Source: Leptolyngbyaceae cyanobacterium bins.349 (GTDB lineage: Bacteria; Cyanobacteriota; Cyanobacteriia; Leptolyngbyales; Leptolyngbyaceae). Taken from it: 64,000 nucleotides of DNA. Below the pieces are notes generated by a model, which was given only the letters and a program-made list of their open reading frames with translations, did no database searches and was not told the origin of the DNA. Positions 24,362-34,729 of the stretch are shown here, piece by piece; the first letter of the stretch is position 1, and each line of letters starts with the position of its first letter. The DNA lies in NCBI GenBank assembly GCA_033764685.1, contig JANRIS010000050.1:98034-162033 (forward strand), given 5' to 3'. A program made the position numbers and the translations under genes.

Positions 24362-25231
24362 TCACTGCCCCAGGTAAGCTTCTAACACTTCCGGGTTGGA
24401 TTGAATTTCGGCGGGAGTCCCGACTGCCAAATTGCGTCCTTCCGCCAATACCCAAACGCGATCGCATAAGGACATAATCACATCCATATTGTGTTCAATG
24501 ATGAGGAAAGTCATGCCCTCACGGTTCCAGTGCTGGATGCGATCGCAAATTTGATTAATCAACGTTGGGTTCACCCCAGCCGCTGGCTCATCTAACAAAA
24601 TCAGCTTGGGATCAGTCATCAAGGCCCGTCCCATTTCCAGAAGTTTGCGTTGTCCACCGGAGAGCGCACCTGCATACTCGTGCGCCATGTGAGACAACCC
24701 AATTGACTCCAGCACTGTGAATGCCTTCTCTCGATTCTGCTTCTCCTCCAGAGCAATATCTTTGTTGCGCCACCAGGTATTCCAAAACTTTTCGCCCGTT
24801 TGTTTTTGGGCGGCCAGCAGTAGATTTTCCAGTACCGACAAACGAGACAAGGCGCGGGCCACCTGAAACGTGCGGACCATACCCATACGGGCGATGAGGT
24901 GGGGTTGCAAGTGATGCACAGGTTCCCCATCAAACAGCACTCGTCCACTATCTGGCCGAATGAAGTTAGACAACAAGTTGAATAGGGTGGTTTTTCCGGC
25001 CCCATTGGGACCTACTAAGCCCGTAATGCTGCCTTTAGCCACTTCGATCGCCGCATTGTCCACGGCTTTGATCCCGCCAAAATTTTTCACTAAACTGGTT
25101 GCGGCCAGCAAAGGCAACTCTAATTTGGGTAAAGCGGGGGCATTCTCAACGTCCGCCAACACTTCATGTAGATTTTCGCCAGACCATTCAGCGGCGGCTG
25201 GGTTTGGGAGATTGGGCGTATCATCGACCAA
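24362..25231 (-). CDS. ABC transporter ATP-binding protein, LivG/NatA-like (branched-chain/neutral amino acid uptake family)
   Basis: Walker A is GPNGAGKTT. The motif RTFQ is present. The signature is LSGGQRKLLEMGRAL and Walker B is LILLDEPAAG. It overlaps the upstream permease gene by 11 nt. Confidence 0.85.
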   Translation of the reverse strand: MVDDTPNLPNPAAAEWSGENLHEVLADVENAPALPKLELPLLAATSLVKNFGGIKAVDNAAIEVAKGSITGLVGPNGAGKTTLFNLLSNFIRPDSGRVLFDGEPVHHLQPHLIARMGMVRTFQVARALSRLSVLENLLLAAQKQTGEKFWNTWWRNKDIALEEKQNREKAFTVLESIGLSHMAHEYAGALSGGQRKLLEMGRALMTDPKLILLDEPAAGVNPTLINQICDRIQHWNREGMTFLIIEHNMDVIMSLCDRVWVLAEGRNLAVGTPAEIQSNPEVLEAYLGQ

Positions 25232-26396
25232 GGGTCAGTTCCTCCTTGTTGCCTAAAATGCCTTGCGGACGCATCATCATCAGAATTATCAGCAACAGAC
25301 CAATCACCATAATTCGCAGTGCTCCCAACCGGGCATCATCCAGGGGGACAATCGCAGGGAGGGCAAATCGGGTGACGGTGCTGTATAACCAGAAAATTAC
25401 CGCGCCCAATAAGGTTCCGGCATTATTTCCTGAACCGCCCAGCACAACAATGATCCAGGCTTGAAAGGTGATCAGGGGAATGAACCCATCGGGATTGATG
25501 AAGGTGAGGTTCCAGGCGTAGAAGGCTCCCGCGATCCCCGCGATCGCCCCCCCCAACATTAAGGACTGCAACTTATACCAGAACACATTTTTGCCCAGGG
25601 CTTTCGCCACCTGTTCATCCTCCCGAATGGATTTCAAAACTCGCCCCCAGGGGGCCTTAAGGGAGACTTCCAAGCGCCAATAGACAAAGGTTAGTACAGT
25701 CACCAGTAACAACATGAGGCCAACTTTGTAACCATAACGGGCGTAATCCATGATGGCGATCGCGCCAATGACGTATAAGAACAACCCCGAAACTGCTGTG
25801 ACTACTCCCCAGATGAGGCGATCGCGGCGAATGGTAGTGTTCTGCGGAAGGGGTTTAGCGGGGCGATCGCGGCCTCGCTTCACCCAGTGCCACAACTGCC
25901 GGCCCGCAATCAGGAACAACACCGTCCACCAGATCACCATGCCAATGCGAGTGGGGAGGGTGGGCCGAGTGAGCAGGCCAAGCGGTAAATACTGAGCGGC
26001 GATCGGCACTCCCAATGCGCCTCTCGTCAGCCATTCTTCATTGAGGGCAATCAACCGGATGACCTCGGATGCCCCAATCGTGACAATGGAAAGGTAATCT
26101 TCCCGCAGCCGTAGCGTTGTGGCTCCCAGAAGCAACCCCAACAAAGCCGCGATCGCGGCTCCAATCAAGGTTGCCAGCACGATGGGCAGTCCCTGGATAC
26201 TCAACAGCACTGTGGTATAGGCTCCCACCGTCATAAAGGCGACATGCCCAAAGTTAATCAGCCCGGTAAACCCCCATTGCAGATTCAACCCCAAACTAAA
26301 AAGGGCGTAAATGGCTGTAAAAATAATTAGGCTAACAATATAGCCCGGAGAAAAAATGTTTTGGAGAGCGACTGCGTCAGGCATGGGGAGGCACAA
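25221..26396 (-). CDS. ABC transporter permease, LivM/NatC-like
   Basis: 391 aa, polytopic, with GLINFGHVAFMTVGAYT as the LivM-family motif. It appears to be in an operon with the ATPase. Confidence 0.8.
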   Translation of the reverse strand: MCLPMPDAVALQNIFSPGYIVSLIIFTAIYALFSLGLNLQWGFTGLINFGHVAFMTVGAYTTVLLSIQGLPIVLATLIGAAIAALLGLLLGATTLRLREDYLSIVTIGASEVIRLIALNEEWLTRGALGVPIAAQYLPLGLLTRPTLPTRIGMVIWWTVLFLIAGRQLWHWVKRGRDRPAKPLPQNTTIRRDRLIWGVVTAVSGLFLYVIGAIAIMDYARYGYKVGLMLLLVTVLTFVYWRLEVSLKAPWGRVLKSIREDEQVAKALGKNVFWYKLQSLMLGGAIAGIAGAFYAWNLTFINPDGFIPLITFQAWIIVVLGGSGNNAGTLLGAVIFWLYSTVTRFALPAIVPLDDARLGALRIMVIGLLLIILMMMRPQGILGNKEELTLGR

Positions 26397-26646
26397 AAGA
26401 ACTAAACCCGTATCCTACCAGGCAATTTGTTGCGATTTCAGTACCTGAATGACGATCTGGCAAATCTCAGTGAATCGAGGGTAGACTTCAGGCAAACACC
26501 TGTTCGCTTAAAAGGTCAAAGAACTCATAAAATCTTTGTTGGCTCACGATAGGAAATGAGCCACCACGGGAATTCTAAGCAATAGCAGTAACGGAGGATC
26601 GCATCTCTGTAGTTCGTGCAACGGTAGCGTTTAGAGGGAGAGAGTT

Positions 26647-27621
26647 GTGCAAGCGACCAAGCAGCAGCAAATCATGGGATTCTTCATCGAGGAAGCGAAA
26701 GAACACCTCGATACGATTGAGCAGGGCCTCCTCGATCTACAAACCACAATGGCAGATCCAGAGCAATTGAATGAGTTGTTTCGAGCGGCGCACTCCGTCA
26801 AAGGGGGGGCGGCGATGTTGGGGTTTGATAGCATTCAGCGAGTCGGACACCATTTAGAGGACTATTTCAAGGTATTAAAAGAAAATCCAATCAAGCCCGA
26901 TCGCCAGCTAGAAGATTTATTTCTTAAAGGATTTGACGTACTCAAAGAATTGGTTGAAGCCCTCCAGTCTCCCTATGGGTTTCAAGAGGCGCAAGGGGTC
27001 CAAATTGTCCAGGCATCCCAACCGACGTTTCAGGCCCTACAAAACTATTTGAACCAGTTGATCAAAGCAGGTAGTGTTGCTCAGTCAACGGTGAAAACTA
27101 GCCCAGATGCCCCTGCATTGATCCCAGTTGCTCTGAAGAAAATGTTGCAACTGTTTAAGCAGGGAGATTCTGCAACCTGCCGTCAGCAATTGGCAATCTT
27201 GTGTAATCGCATGGGTCAGTTAACCACCAGTTCGGAATGGCGGGGGCTTTTGCGGTTATCTCAGGAAGCGATCGCCAATTCTAAACATTCCTATCAGGTT
27301 CTTGCGCCGTTGCTGATTCGAGAATTGAAGCAAGCGGGGGATTTACTGATTGCTGGACGGTCTGGCGAAATTGTTCCCAGTCGTGCTTTACACCAACTGG
27401 TGGGCACAGCGGTAGCTCCCGTTGCGCCACCTCCTGTCTCGTCTGCCAACGCGGCCCCTATTCCCACGGCCAAAGCGACTTCTCCCGTTTCTGCTGCCAC
27501 TACGCGGCCACAAATCACAATCCCCCTGGAACCTCGGGCGGCGGCCAGAGCACTGCTGGATGCCTTCAATAAAGAACAATTGATTGAGCTGGCAGAATTT
27601 TTGATGAAGGCGATTCAATAG
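26647..27621 (+). CDS. HPt (histidine phosphotransfer) domain protein with an Ala/Pro-rich C-terminal region
   Basis: FFIEEAKEHLDTIEQGLLDL...LFRAAHSVKGGAAMLGF is a CheA-type HPt motif. The start is GTG. Confidence 0.7.
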   Translation: MQATKQQQIMGFFIEEAKEHLDTIEQGLLDLQTTMADPEQLNELFRAAHSVKGGAAMLGFDSIQRVGHHLEDYFKVLKENPIKPDRQLEDLFLKGFDVLKELVEALQSPYGFQEAQGVQIVQASQPTFQALQNYLNQLIKAGSVAQSTVKTSPDAPALIPVALKKMLQLFKQGDSATCRQQLAILCNRMGQLTTSSEWRGLLRLSQEAIANSKHSYQVLAPLLIRELKQAGDLLIAGRSGEIVPSRALHQLVGTAVAPVAPPPVSSANAAPIPTAKATSPVSAATTRPQITIPLEPRAAARALLDAFNKEQLIELAEFLMKAIQ

Positions 27622-27673
27622 GAGAGAAAGGTCGGGAGCGGGGAGTCGGGAGTGGGAACTAGGGAATCAATAG

Positions 27674-27703
27674 AAAAGAGGGGGCAAGGTTGCTCCCTCT
27701 TTT
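27674..27703. terminator. Bidirectional rho-independent terminator between the convergent HPt gene and psaC
   Basis: aaaagagggggcaaggttgctccctctttt has the stem agagggggc/gctccctct, flanked by an A-run and a T-run. Confidence 0.6.
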
Positions 27704-27749
27704 GTGTATGGATCTCAGTTAATTAAAAAGCGATCGCAAAAACCACTTT

Positions 27750-28037
<288 letters not shown>

Positions 28038-28205
28038 TCAGCCCGTCGATTCAACAGCAAAAGCCATCAAACCTTTGGTCAACGGCTAGTTTACCCCACG
28101 CTCTGAGACACCTTTGGCAAAAGGCAGCAAAAGTTTAAACAACGTAATGAAGTGGAGAAATAGGATAGATCAAGCAAGCATGGATCCATTGATAAGGCCG
28201 AGAAT

Positions 28206-29357
28206 TTATTGAGGAAAGAGTTGTCCTGCTTTGACTGAGAAGATTTGGGACGATTTGAGCCACTGGGCATCGAAGGAGCCGAGATGGGTCGTGGTGATCA
28301 GGGTTTGAAAACGGTCTTGAATCGCCTCCAGTAATTGATTCTGGCGGTTGAGATCCAGTTCGGCCAGCACATCATCCAGCAGCAACAGTGGGGGGTCGCC
28401 GATGACTTCTTCGATCAGTTTTAACTCGGCTAATTTCAACGCCAGGACTAAGGTGCGTTGTTGCCCCTGCGAGCCGTATTGGCGGGCAGAAGATTGGTTG
28501 ATGGTGAATTCGACTTCATCCCGATGCGGTCCAACCAGGGTAGTGTGCTGGTATTGCTCTGCGATCGCTCGTTCCTTGATCTTCGCCAGAAATGCGGCCT
28601 GCACAATCTCTGGTTCATCCTGCGCCAACGGCACATTCGGCAAGTAGTTGACCGTTAATGCTTCGGTGCTACCGCTAATCGCATGATGCCAGTAATTTGC
28701 CAGCGGCGCTAACCGTTGGACGACCCGCGATCGCCGCCGAATTACGCGCGTTCCAGCTACAGCCAGTTGGGCATCCCAGAGGGCGAGTTCGTTGGGGCAG
28801 TGGGGTGGGGAGATGGGGAGATGGGGGGATGGGGGGATGGGCGTAGTGACGTCCTGATTTCTGAGCAAGGCATTTCGTTGGCGTAAGATCTGGTTGTATT
28901 GCTGCAAGATGGCAGCATACACGGGTTCGAGTTGAATCAGGAGGGAGTCGAGCCAGTGGCGGCGTTGTTCTGGCCCGCCGCGCACCAGGTTGAGGTCGAG
29001 GCTGGAAAATTGGACGACATTCAGGGTGCCGAGAAAGTCTAGATGGCGGCGCAGGGTTTGGCGATTTAGGGCTACGGTGCGCCGTCCGTTACTGCGGAGC
29101 ACGATGGAGAGATCGGTCAGACCCAGATCCCGTTCTAGCTGGGCGGAAATCTGGCCGATCGCGCTGCCATCCCGCACCAAGTCGCGATCACGAGCAGTGC
29201 GGTGCGATCGCAGGGTAGACAGCAACTCCACCGCTTCCAGTAAGTTTGATTTGCCCTGGGCATTGTCCCCCACCAGAATAGTTTTGGGAGCCGTAAACTC
29301 TACCTGTTGTTCGCCATAATTGCGGAACTGTTTCAGATAGAGCGATCGCAGGTACAT
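28206..29357 (-). CDS. recF: DNA replication and repair protein RecF
   Basis: [14 protein letters not shown]...[15 protein letters not shown] (Walker A), the signature [17 protein letters not shown] and Walker [13 protein letters not shown]. Confidence 0.92.
   Translation of the reverse strand: MYLRSLYLKQFRNYGEQQVEFTAPKTILVGDNAQGKSNLLEAVELLSTLRSHRTARDRDLVRDGSAIGQISAQLERDLGLTDLSIVLRSNGRRTVALNRQTLRRHLDFLGTLNVVQFSSLDLNLVRGGPEQRRHWLDSLLIQLEPVYAAILQQYNQILRQRNALLRNQDVTTPIPPSPHLPISPPHCPNELALWDAQLAVAGTRVIRRRSRVVQRLAPLANYWHHAISGSTEALTVNYLPNVPLAQDEPEIVQAAFLAKIKERAIAEQYQHTTLVGPHRDEVEFTINQSSARQYGSQGQQRTLVLALKLAELKLIEEVIGDPPLLLLDDVLAELDLNRQNQLLEAIQDRFQTLITTTHLGSFDAQWLKSSQIFSVKAGQLFPQ
28805..28852. repeat. 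G-run tract with four 8-bp tandem units (ggggagat x2, ggggggat x2) inside recF
   Basis: The plus strand reads ggggcagtggggtggggagatggggagatggggggatggggggatggg. It encodes the Pro-rich insert [17 protein letters not shown] of RecF. Confidence 0.85.
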
Positions 29358-29363
29358 GGCACC

Positions 29364-29618
29364 CTACCGATTGACTTCTTGCTGAAGCCAGGGATCAACG
29401 GGCTGACCATCTTTGCGCTGCAATTCAATTTCGATCACCATGACTTCTCCCGATCCCGGAGGGGCAGGTTTTTCGTGAAACTTGATGTCGTAAGCGTTGG
29501 GGTCTTCGTGGCGTTCCTTCAACCAGTCCTGCACTTTGGTAATGGCAAACAAGGATTGTCCCTGCTGAAACATGCGGGTGATTTGTAGTTGCAGGGTGTA
29601 AGGGTTGAAGCGGGGCAT
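29364..29618 (-). CDS. Small conserved hypothetical protein
   Basis: 84-aa ORF packed tightly between the C39-like peptidase gene (15-nt gap) and recF (6-nt gap). I recognise no motif. Confidence 0.45.
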   Translation of the reverse strand: MPRFNPYTLQLQITRMFQQGQSLFAITKVQDWLKERHEDPNAYDIKFHEKPAPPGSGEVMVIEIELQRKDGQPVDPWLQQEVNR

Positions 29619-29633
29619 AACGACCTCCAGAAC

Positions 29634-31268
29634 TCACTTGGCAAAAAAATGTGCCCAAACGCTACCGTCGGGTCCGGCAACGCGATCCATGTAGCTGTAA
29701 GGATAGAGCAATTTGCGTCCATCGTAGCTGGTATATCCGGTCAGGGCGTTGCCCCAGGGATCATTCACGATGTAGCCCTGCGGCGTAAACCCAATCAGGC
29801 AAACGATGTGACCACTGGCGGTAAAATCGCCTCCCAACACTACCGGACGGCGATTGCTCAGTTCAGTTTTCACCTCGGCCCATTTGCGCCGAGTGGAAAA
29901 GGTAGATTTGGGGAAGCCGTAGGCTCTGATCAGTTCTGACAGAATCATGTTGTCGGTTTGGCGATCGCTGCCGTAGCGGTTGATGATCCATTGCAACAAT
30001 TCGTTTTCCAATTGTCCCCGACTTTTGGAGCGCACCCCAAAGTAGAACAGGGCCATCGCGATCGCGGTGACGTTGCACGTAGATTGGGGCGACCGGGGGT
30101 TGTCTCGTTGGGAAAAGTAGGGAATATTCAATTCCACCTGAGGCGGAAAGGGATTGAAGACTTCAGTGCCGCGCCTCAGTTGCACAAACCCCGGAAACAC
30201 ATAACCGGTATTGCCAAATCCGGGCAGTTCTTCTGTCAATGACACTTTAATATGTCCCGCTTCCAGGATGTAACTGGATACGCCGTAGTAGGTCCCTTTG
30301 GGAAAGTTGTACCGCTCGGCATCGCTTAATTTGGCGGAATCGACCGGACGTTTTTTAAAAATGGTGGCTTGAACGGCAGTCATCGTCAGCGCCGCCGGAT
30401 CATAAGGAATCACATCATCGCCCCGTTTAAGCTGAACGTGCTGCCAGTACACAAACCCGGTCTTGCCCAATCCGGGTAATTCGTCGGCCAGTGCCAACCG
30501 AAAATGTCCCCGTGTGCAGGCATAGCCTATAATCCGGAGCGTTTGTCCCTGGAGTAGATCCACTTTTTGGTTGGGTTGCAGGCGGGATGAATCAATGGGC
30601 CGCAACTTAATGGCCGTAGGTGTGGTGACGAGAGCGATCGCACTCAAAGGTGTCATGGGCACGTCGGCCAGCTCAAATTTGAGGACTTGATTGCCTTTTT
30701 TGAGTTCGGCAAAATCTTCGTAGATGTAGCCAAACTTGCCCACCGGGGCGATCGCATCCTTGAGTTCCAGTTTCAAATGGCCGTCCACATAGCCGTATCG
30801 CACCACTTCAAACGATTGGTCTGGTTTCACCGTTGCTTTTTGGGCCTCACTCAAACGACTGGACTCGATCGGTTGAGCCTTAAATAGGGTGGTTTGTAAT
30901 GGGCGCAGGAATAATTTGCCCAGGGCCAGGGGGTTATTCGTCACGGTCAAGTAAATCACCAGTTGACTGATCTCTTTCCCGACTGCATCCCACCCCTTCA
31001 ATCGCAACCATCGGGTTCCGGGCGACTGAAAGCCTTTCTCTAACTTGCATTGCCAGGTTTTGGCGATCGCATCCACAGTCAGCGGCAAGGAGAATTTATC
31101 TTCCGCCATTAAGGTGAGACGTGTTATGCGCTGGGGATCGTAGGCTCCCGCCAAGACTGTTGGAGAGTTTAGCAATGCTTCTCTAGGCCCGTTGTAAGTG
31201 AGGCCACCGACGGTCGTAGGCGATGCCGCAGAGAGGTCTGTGTAATCTTGAGTTGATGCATTCGTCAT
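29634..31268 (-). CDS. C39-like (papain-fold) cysteine peptidase domain protein with three tandem ~80-aa SH3-like repeats
   Basis: The C terminus YFSQRDNPRSPQSTCNVTAIAMALFYFG...GHIVCLIGF...IVNDPWG fits the Peptidase_C39_2 pattern (Cys, His, Asp/Asn). Three internal repeats each read ...(F/L)K..P(I/V)(E/D)S..L...(Q/E)...GH(L/F/I)K(L/V)...G..G(Y/F)(I/V)(Y/F). Confidence 0.65.
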   Translation of the reverse strand: MTNASTQDYTDLSAASPTTVGGLTYNGPREALLNSPTVLAGAYDPQRITRLTLMAEDKFSLPLTVDAIAKTWQCKLEKGFQSPGTRWLRLKGWDAVGKEISQLVIYLTVTNNPLALGKLFLRPLQTTLFKAQPIESSRLSEAQKATVKPDQSFEVVRYGYVDGHLKLELKDAIAPVGKFGYIYEDFAELKKGNQVLKFELADVPMTPLSAIALVTTPTAIKLRPIDSSRLQPNQKVDLLQGQTLRIIGYACTRGHFRLALADELPGLGKTGFVYWQHVQLKRGDDVIPYDPAALTMTAVQATIFKKRPVDSAKLSDAERYNFPKGTYYGVSSYILEAGHIKVSLTEELPGFGNTGYVFPGFVQLRRGTEVFNPFPPQVELNIPYFSQRDNPRSPQSTCNVTAIAMALFYFGVRSKSRGQLENELLQWIINRYGSDRQTDNMILSELIRAYGFPKSTFSTRRKWAEVKTELSNRRPVVLGGDFTASGHIVCLIGFTPQGYIVNDPWGNALTGYTSYDGRKLLYPYSYMDRVAGPDGSVWAHFFAK

Positions 31269-31393
31269 AGGTCATGCCTGTTAAAGTGAGTCCCTGATCA
31301 GTAATTTGACTGCAAGTTGATTGGCAGGGGTGCCCGTAGACCAACCCCCCATTTTATTCAGCCTGCCCACCACTGCTCTACCACTCAAGCATG

Positions 31394-31422
31394 AAAAAAG
31401 CCTTGCCTGAACCAGGTAAGGC
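31394..31422 (-). terminator. Rho-independent terminator downstream of prxQ/bcp
   Basis: Minus-strand sequence gccttacctg-gtt-caggcaaggc followed by tttttt. The 10-bp stem has one G-U pair. Confidence 0.65.
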
Positions 31423-31465
31423 CAACTTTGCATCAAATGAAGGACGATGCAAATGGGTTAGAGCA

Positions 31466-31915
31466 TCAAGCTCCGATCGCGGTCAAAATATCAGTGGCAT
31501 GAGTTTCCGTATTGATCGTGGTGTAAACCTGACTGATTTTGCCGTCCGCGCCGATCACGTAGGTTACTCGCTGGGCGTAGGTGATGCCGTTACGCTCGCC
31601 AATCACGTCGTAAGCGCGAGTAATCGCCCCGTCCACGTCCGCCAGGAGAGGAAAGGGCAAGTTGAATTTTTGAGTGAATGCCTGGTGCGAGGCTTCGTCA
31701 TCCAGACTGACGCCAAATACGGTGATCCCCTGGCTCAAATATTGGGCGTAGTTATCTCGAAAGCTGCACGCCTCCTTGGTACAACCGGGCGTATCATCTT
31801 TGGGGTAAAAGTACAGCACAACGGGTTTCCCGGCGTAATCAGCCAGGGTAACGGTGTTCCCGTTGGTGTCTTTAACGGTGAAGTTGGGGGCAGTATCGCC
31901 AACAGCCAATGGCAT
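31466..31915 (-). CDS. bcp: Peroxiredoxin, Bcp/PrxQ type
   Basis: GDTAPNFTVKDTNGNTVTLADYAGKPVVLYFYPKDDTPGCTKEACSFRD contains the PrxQ active-site motif P.D.TPGCT.E.C. Confidence 0.9.
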   Translation of the reverse strand: MPLAVGDTAPNFTVKDTNGNTVTLADYAGKPVVLYFYPKDDTPGCTKEACSFRDNYAQYLSQGITVFGVSLDDEASHQAFTQKFNLPFPLLADVDGAITRAYDVIGERNGITYAQRVTYVIGADGKISQVYTTINTETHATDILTAIGA

Positions 31916-32073
31916 AGGACGGATTTCCCTTGAGGTGCAAGAACATCACGAATTGTAACGCCTAATGGGATCGCGCGATCGCCTTGTAACGTTCTAAGAC
32001 GAACCGCACAGATTGCATTAGAAAATCTGTAGCATAAGATACGAATTTTTTTCGCCATTCCGGGTGACAAGGG

Positions 32074-32448
32074 GTGGCTTTGAGGCGATCACGGAGGGGG
32101 ATGGATATGGGGGGAATGATGAGCCTGGAAACCGAGTTTCGCATCCGGGTAGAACTGATGCAGTGGGAGCAGGCGATCGCGGACCAGATCATTCCCTGGT
32201 GCGATCGGGCGTTTCCTGGTTGTCATCACGACACCCCCAAAGCTTGGAATACAGAATTGCCCCCCCAATGGGAACTTACTCCGTCTACCTGGGTCAAGCT
32301 ATGGCAGGATCCTGGCATTTTTAGCAGTGATGACGCATTATTACTCTGCCAACTTGGGCACACCCAATGGTTGGCCTGGATTCCCGACTACGGCGAGCTG
32401 GTGCTGGAGCGGGAAGAGTTTTATTTGGGTTGGGAAGACATGGACTAA
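32074..32448 (+). CDS. Hypothetical protein
   Basis: 124-aa Trp-rich ORF. The start is uncertain (several in-frame Met codons). I recognise no family. Confidence 0.4.
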   Translation: MALRRSRRGMDMGGMMSLETEFRIRVELMQWEQAIADQIIPWCDRAFPGCHHDTPKAWNTELPPQWELTPSTWVKLWQDPGIFSSDDALLLCQLGHTQWLAWIPDYGELVLEREEFYLGWEDMD

Positions 32449-32646
32449 ACCCAGGAATTTACTGTTCCAAAAATCACAGAACGGCAAAAATTTTTCTTAG
32501 AAGTAAATTCTGACGGTTGATGTAAAGTTTTCAAGAAGATTGAGAATTGTTCCGGAAAACAACACCAGGAGATTTGGGGATCAGCTTATTATGTCCCCAG
32601 AGGTTGTACGTGTTTGTACGTAGTTCATTTACTTCGCTGAAAGGAT

Positions 32647-33315
32647 ATGCAGTCAGCAAATTCAGAGGCGATGTCAATCCTGGACCCGATGTCAGGAATG
32701 CTTATCCCTCATATCTCCGTGTTTTCTGTTACTAAACGTCTTGTCGATATTGTTGGTAGCTTGATTGGGCTGATTTTCCTGGCTATTATTTTTATCCCCA
32801 TTGCGATCGCTATTAAGCTCGATAGCCCCGGCTCCATTTTCTATTGTCAGCAACGCTATGGCCTTATGGGACGGCCATTCAAAATCTATAAGTTCCGCTC
32901 TATGGTGGCTGAGGCTGACCAGCTCAAAGCTCAGGTCAATAATGAAGCGAAAGGTTTAATTTTCAAGAACTCCAACGACCCACGGGTGACACGAGTTGGG
33001 CGCTTCTTACGGAAAACCAGCCTGGATGAGTTTCCGCAATTCTGGAATGTCTTGAAGGGGGAAATGAGCCTGGTGGGCACCCGTCCACCCACTTCAGACG
33101 AAATCGCTCGCTACCGGGAGCATCACTGGCAGCGGCTTAGCGTCAAGCCTGGGATTACCGGGGAGTGGCAGGTGAGTGGGCGATCGCTGGTCAAAGACTT
33201 TGAAGATATTGTGCAACTTGATCTGCGGTATCAAGCCCGATGGAATCCGCTTTACGATTTGTTGCTGATTCTCAAGACCATTTTGATCATTTTTTCAAAG
33301 CAAGGTGCTTACTAA
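32647..33315 (+). CDS. Bacterial sugar transferase (WbaP/ExoY-type undecaprenyl-phosphate hexose-1-phosphate transferase)
   Basis: [14 protein letters not shown]...[27 protein letters not shown]...[37 protein letters not shown] are the family hallmarks. Confidence 0.88.
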   Translation: MQSANSEAMSILDPMSGMLIPHISVFSVTKRLVDIVGSLIGLIFLAIIFIPIAIAIKLDSPGSIFYCQQRYGLMGRPFKIYKFRSMVAEADQLKAQVNNEAKGLIFKNSNDPRVTRVGRFLRKTSLDEFPQFWNVLKGEMSLVGTRPPTSDEIARYREHHWQRLSVKPGITGEWQVSGRSLVKDFEDIVQLDLRYQARWNPLYDLLLILKTILIIFSKQGAY

Positions 33316-33517
33316 GCGATCGATGATTGGGTTAGCCATGCGCCAGCAACACGACTGTAGAAGTTGTTGTGGCGGGTGAGGGCAACTCTGGCAGACCAAC
33401 GCTGCCTTCGCGAATCGCTCAAGTGCTCCCCTGCTGACTCCCGCGTCTGCCTTTCCCATTTCTCGCCAAACTCTTTATCATAGGGAGCAAGCTTCTCCAC
33501 ATGATGTAAGACGGGTT

Positions 33518-34012
33518 ATGAACAACATCGGCACCTCCTACGTGCTATGGCTTGGCTGCCTGCTTCAACTCCACGGGCTGCAACGGCTTTACAACGGCAA
33601 AATTTTCACGGGTTTTCTCTGGCTGTTTACCTTCGGTCTGATGGGGTTTGGGCAACTCATCGACCTGATGCTGATTCCCGGCATGGTAGATGAGCATAAC
33701 GCTAAGTACAAAGCTAAACATGGGCTATTGCCCTCTGCATCCCACGGCCAACCTGTGATTCAACGAGTTGTGGCACAGGAGTATACCCCACCGCCCACGA
33801 TCGCCCCCGATCGCGATCGCCTCATGGTGAAGCTGGTCAGAGCGGCCCACGCCCGCCATGGCAAGCTAACGGTGACTCAGGCCGTGATGGATACCGAAGT
33901 CAACTTTGCGGAGGTCGAAGCGGCACTGCGAGGATTGGTGAAAACTGGCTACGTCGATATGTATAACGATGCAGAAACGGGCGTTGTCACTTACGATTTT
34001 CGAGAACTGTAA
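33518..34012 (+). CDS. TM2 domain-containing membrane protein
   Basis: YVLWLGCLLQLHGLQRLYNGKIFTGFLWLFTFGLMGFGQLIDLMLIP is a TM2-type two-helix motif. A soluble C-terminal region follows. Confidence 0.65.
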   Translation: MNNIGTSYVLWLGCLLQLHGLQRLYNGKIFTGFLWLFTFGLMGFGQLIDLMLIPGMVDEHNAKYKAKHGLLPSASHGQPVIQRVVAQEYTPPPTIAPDRDRLMVKLVRAAHARHGKLTVTQAVMDTEVNFAEVEAALRGLVKTGYVDMYNDAETGVVTYDFREL

Positions 34013-34132
34013 ACGAGAATTATCAATCGGCCTTGAGCGGCAGGCATGGCGGAAGAGAATGTCTTATCCCAGGATGCCCTACACTAAGTAGGTGCGATCC
34101 TGTTGGTTGTTGAATAACCAGAACATTCACCT

Positions 34133-34624
34133 ATGGCTTCTACATTCTCTTTTGATATCGTGAGTGAGTTTGACCGCCAGGAATTGGTCAACGCGCTGGA
34201 TCAGGCCACGCGAGAAATTCAGAGTCGGTATGACTTGAAAGATACGAAAACAACGGTAGAACTCGGTGAAGATACCATCACCATCAATACCGATAGTGAT
34301 TTCACTCTGGATGCTGTCAATAGCCTGATTCAAACGAAGGCGATCAAACGGAATTTGTCGCTGAAGATTTTTGATTACGGCAAGCCCGAATCATCCAGTG
34401 GGAATCGAGTGCGGCAAATTGTCACCCTGAAAAAAGGGATCAGTCAGGAACTGGCGAAAAAAATTACCAAACTGATTCGAGATGACTTTAGTAAGATTCA
34501 AGCCTCCATTCAGGGCGATGCGGTACGAGTCACGGCAAAATCGAAAGATGATTTGCAAACCGTCATTCAACGCCTGAAGCAGGAGGATTACCCCGTTGCC
34601 CTCCAATTTACCAACTACCGCTAA
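34133..34624 (+). CDS. yajQ: YajQ-family nucleotide (cyclic-di-GMP)-binding protein (UPF0234)
   Basis: [37 protein letters not shown]... and the 163-aa length match YajQ. Confidence 0.88.
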   Translation: MASTFSFDIVSEFDRQELVNALDQATREIQSRYDLKDTKTTVELGEDTITINTDSDFTLDAVNSLIQTKAIKRNLSLKIFDYGKPESSSGNRVRQIVTLKKGISQELAKKITKLIRDDFSKIQASIQGDAVRVTAKSKDDLQTVIQRLKQEDYPVALQFTNYR

Positions 34625-34729
34625 CGGGAATTGCGACCTGTGGGGTTCGGTTCAGCGACTACCGTTTCAGGGCTATTCCAGATAACCTCGTAATAGCAGG
34701 AATGATATGGGCGATGACGAGGTGAGATT

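Noticed and set aside
25221-26396. The LivM/LivG-like transporter pair as a possible unusual system
   Set aside because: The motifs and gene order fit an ordinary NatC/NatA-type amino-acid ABC importer. Missing partner subunits are commonly encoded elsewhere in cyanobacterial genomes.
31391-31933. 180-aa plus-strand ORF
   Set aside because: It fully overlaps the well-supported prxQ/bcp gene on the opposite strand. The rho-independent terminator of prxQ lies inside it.
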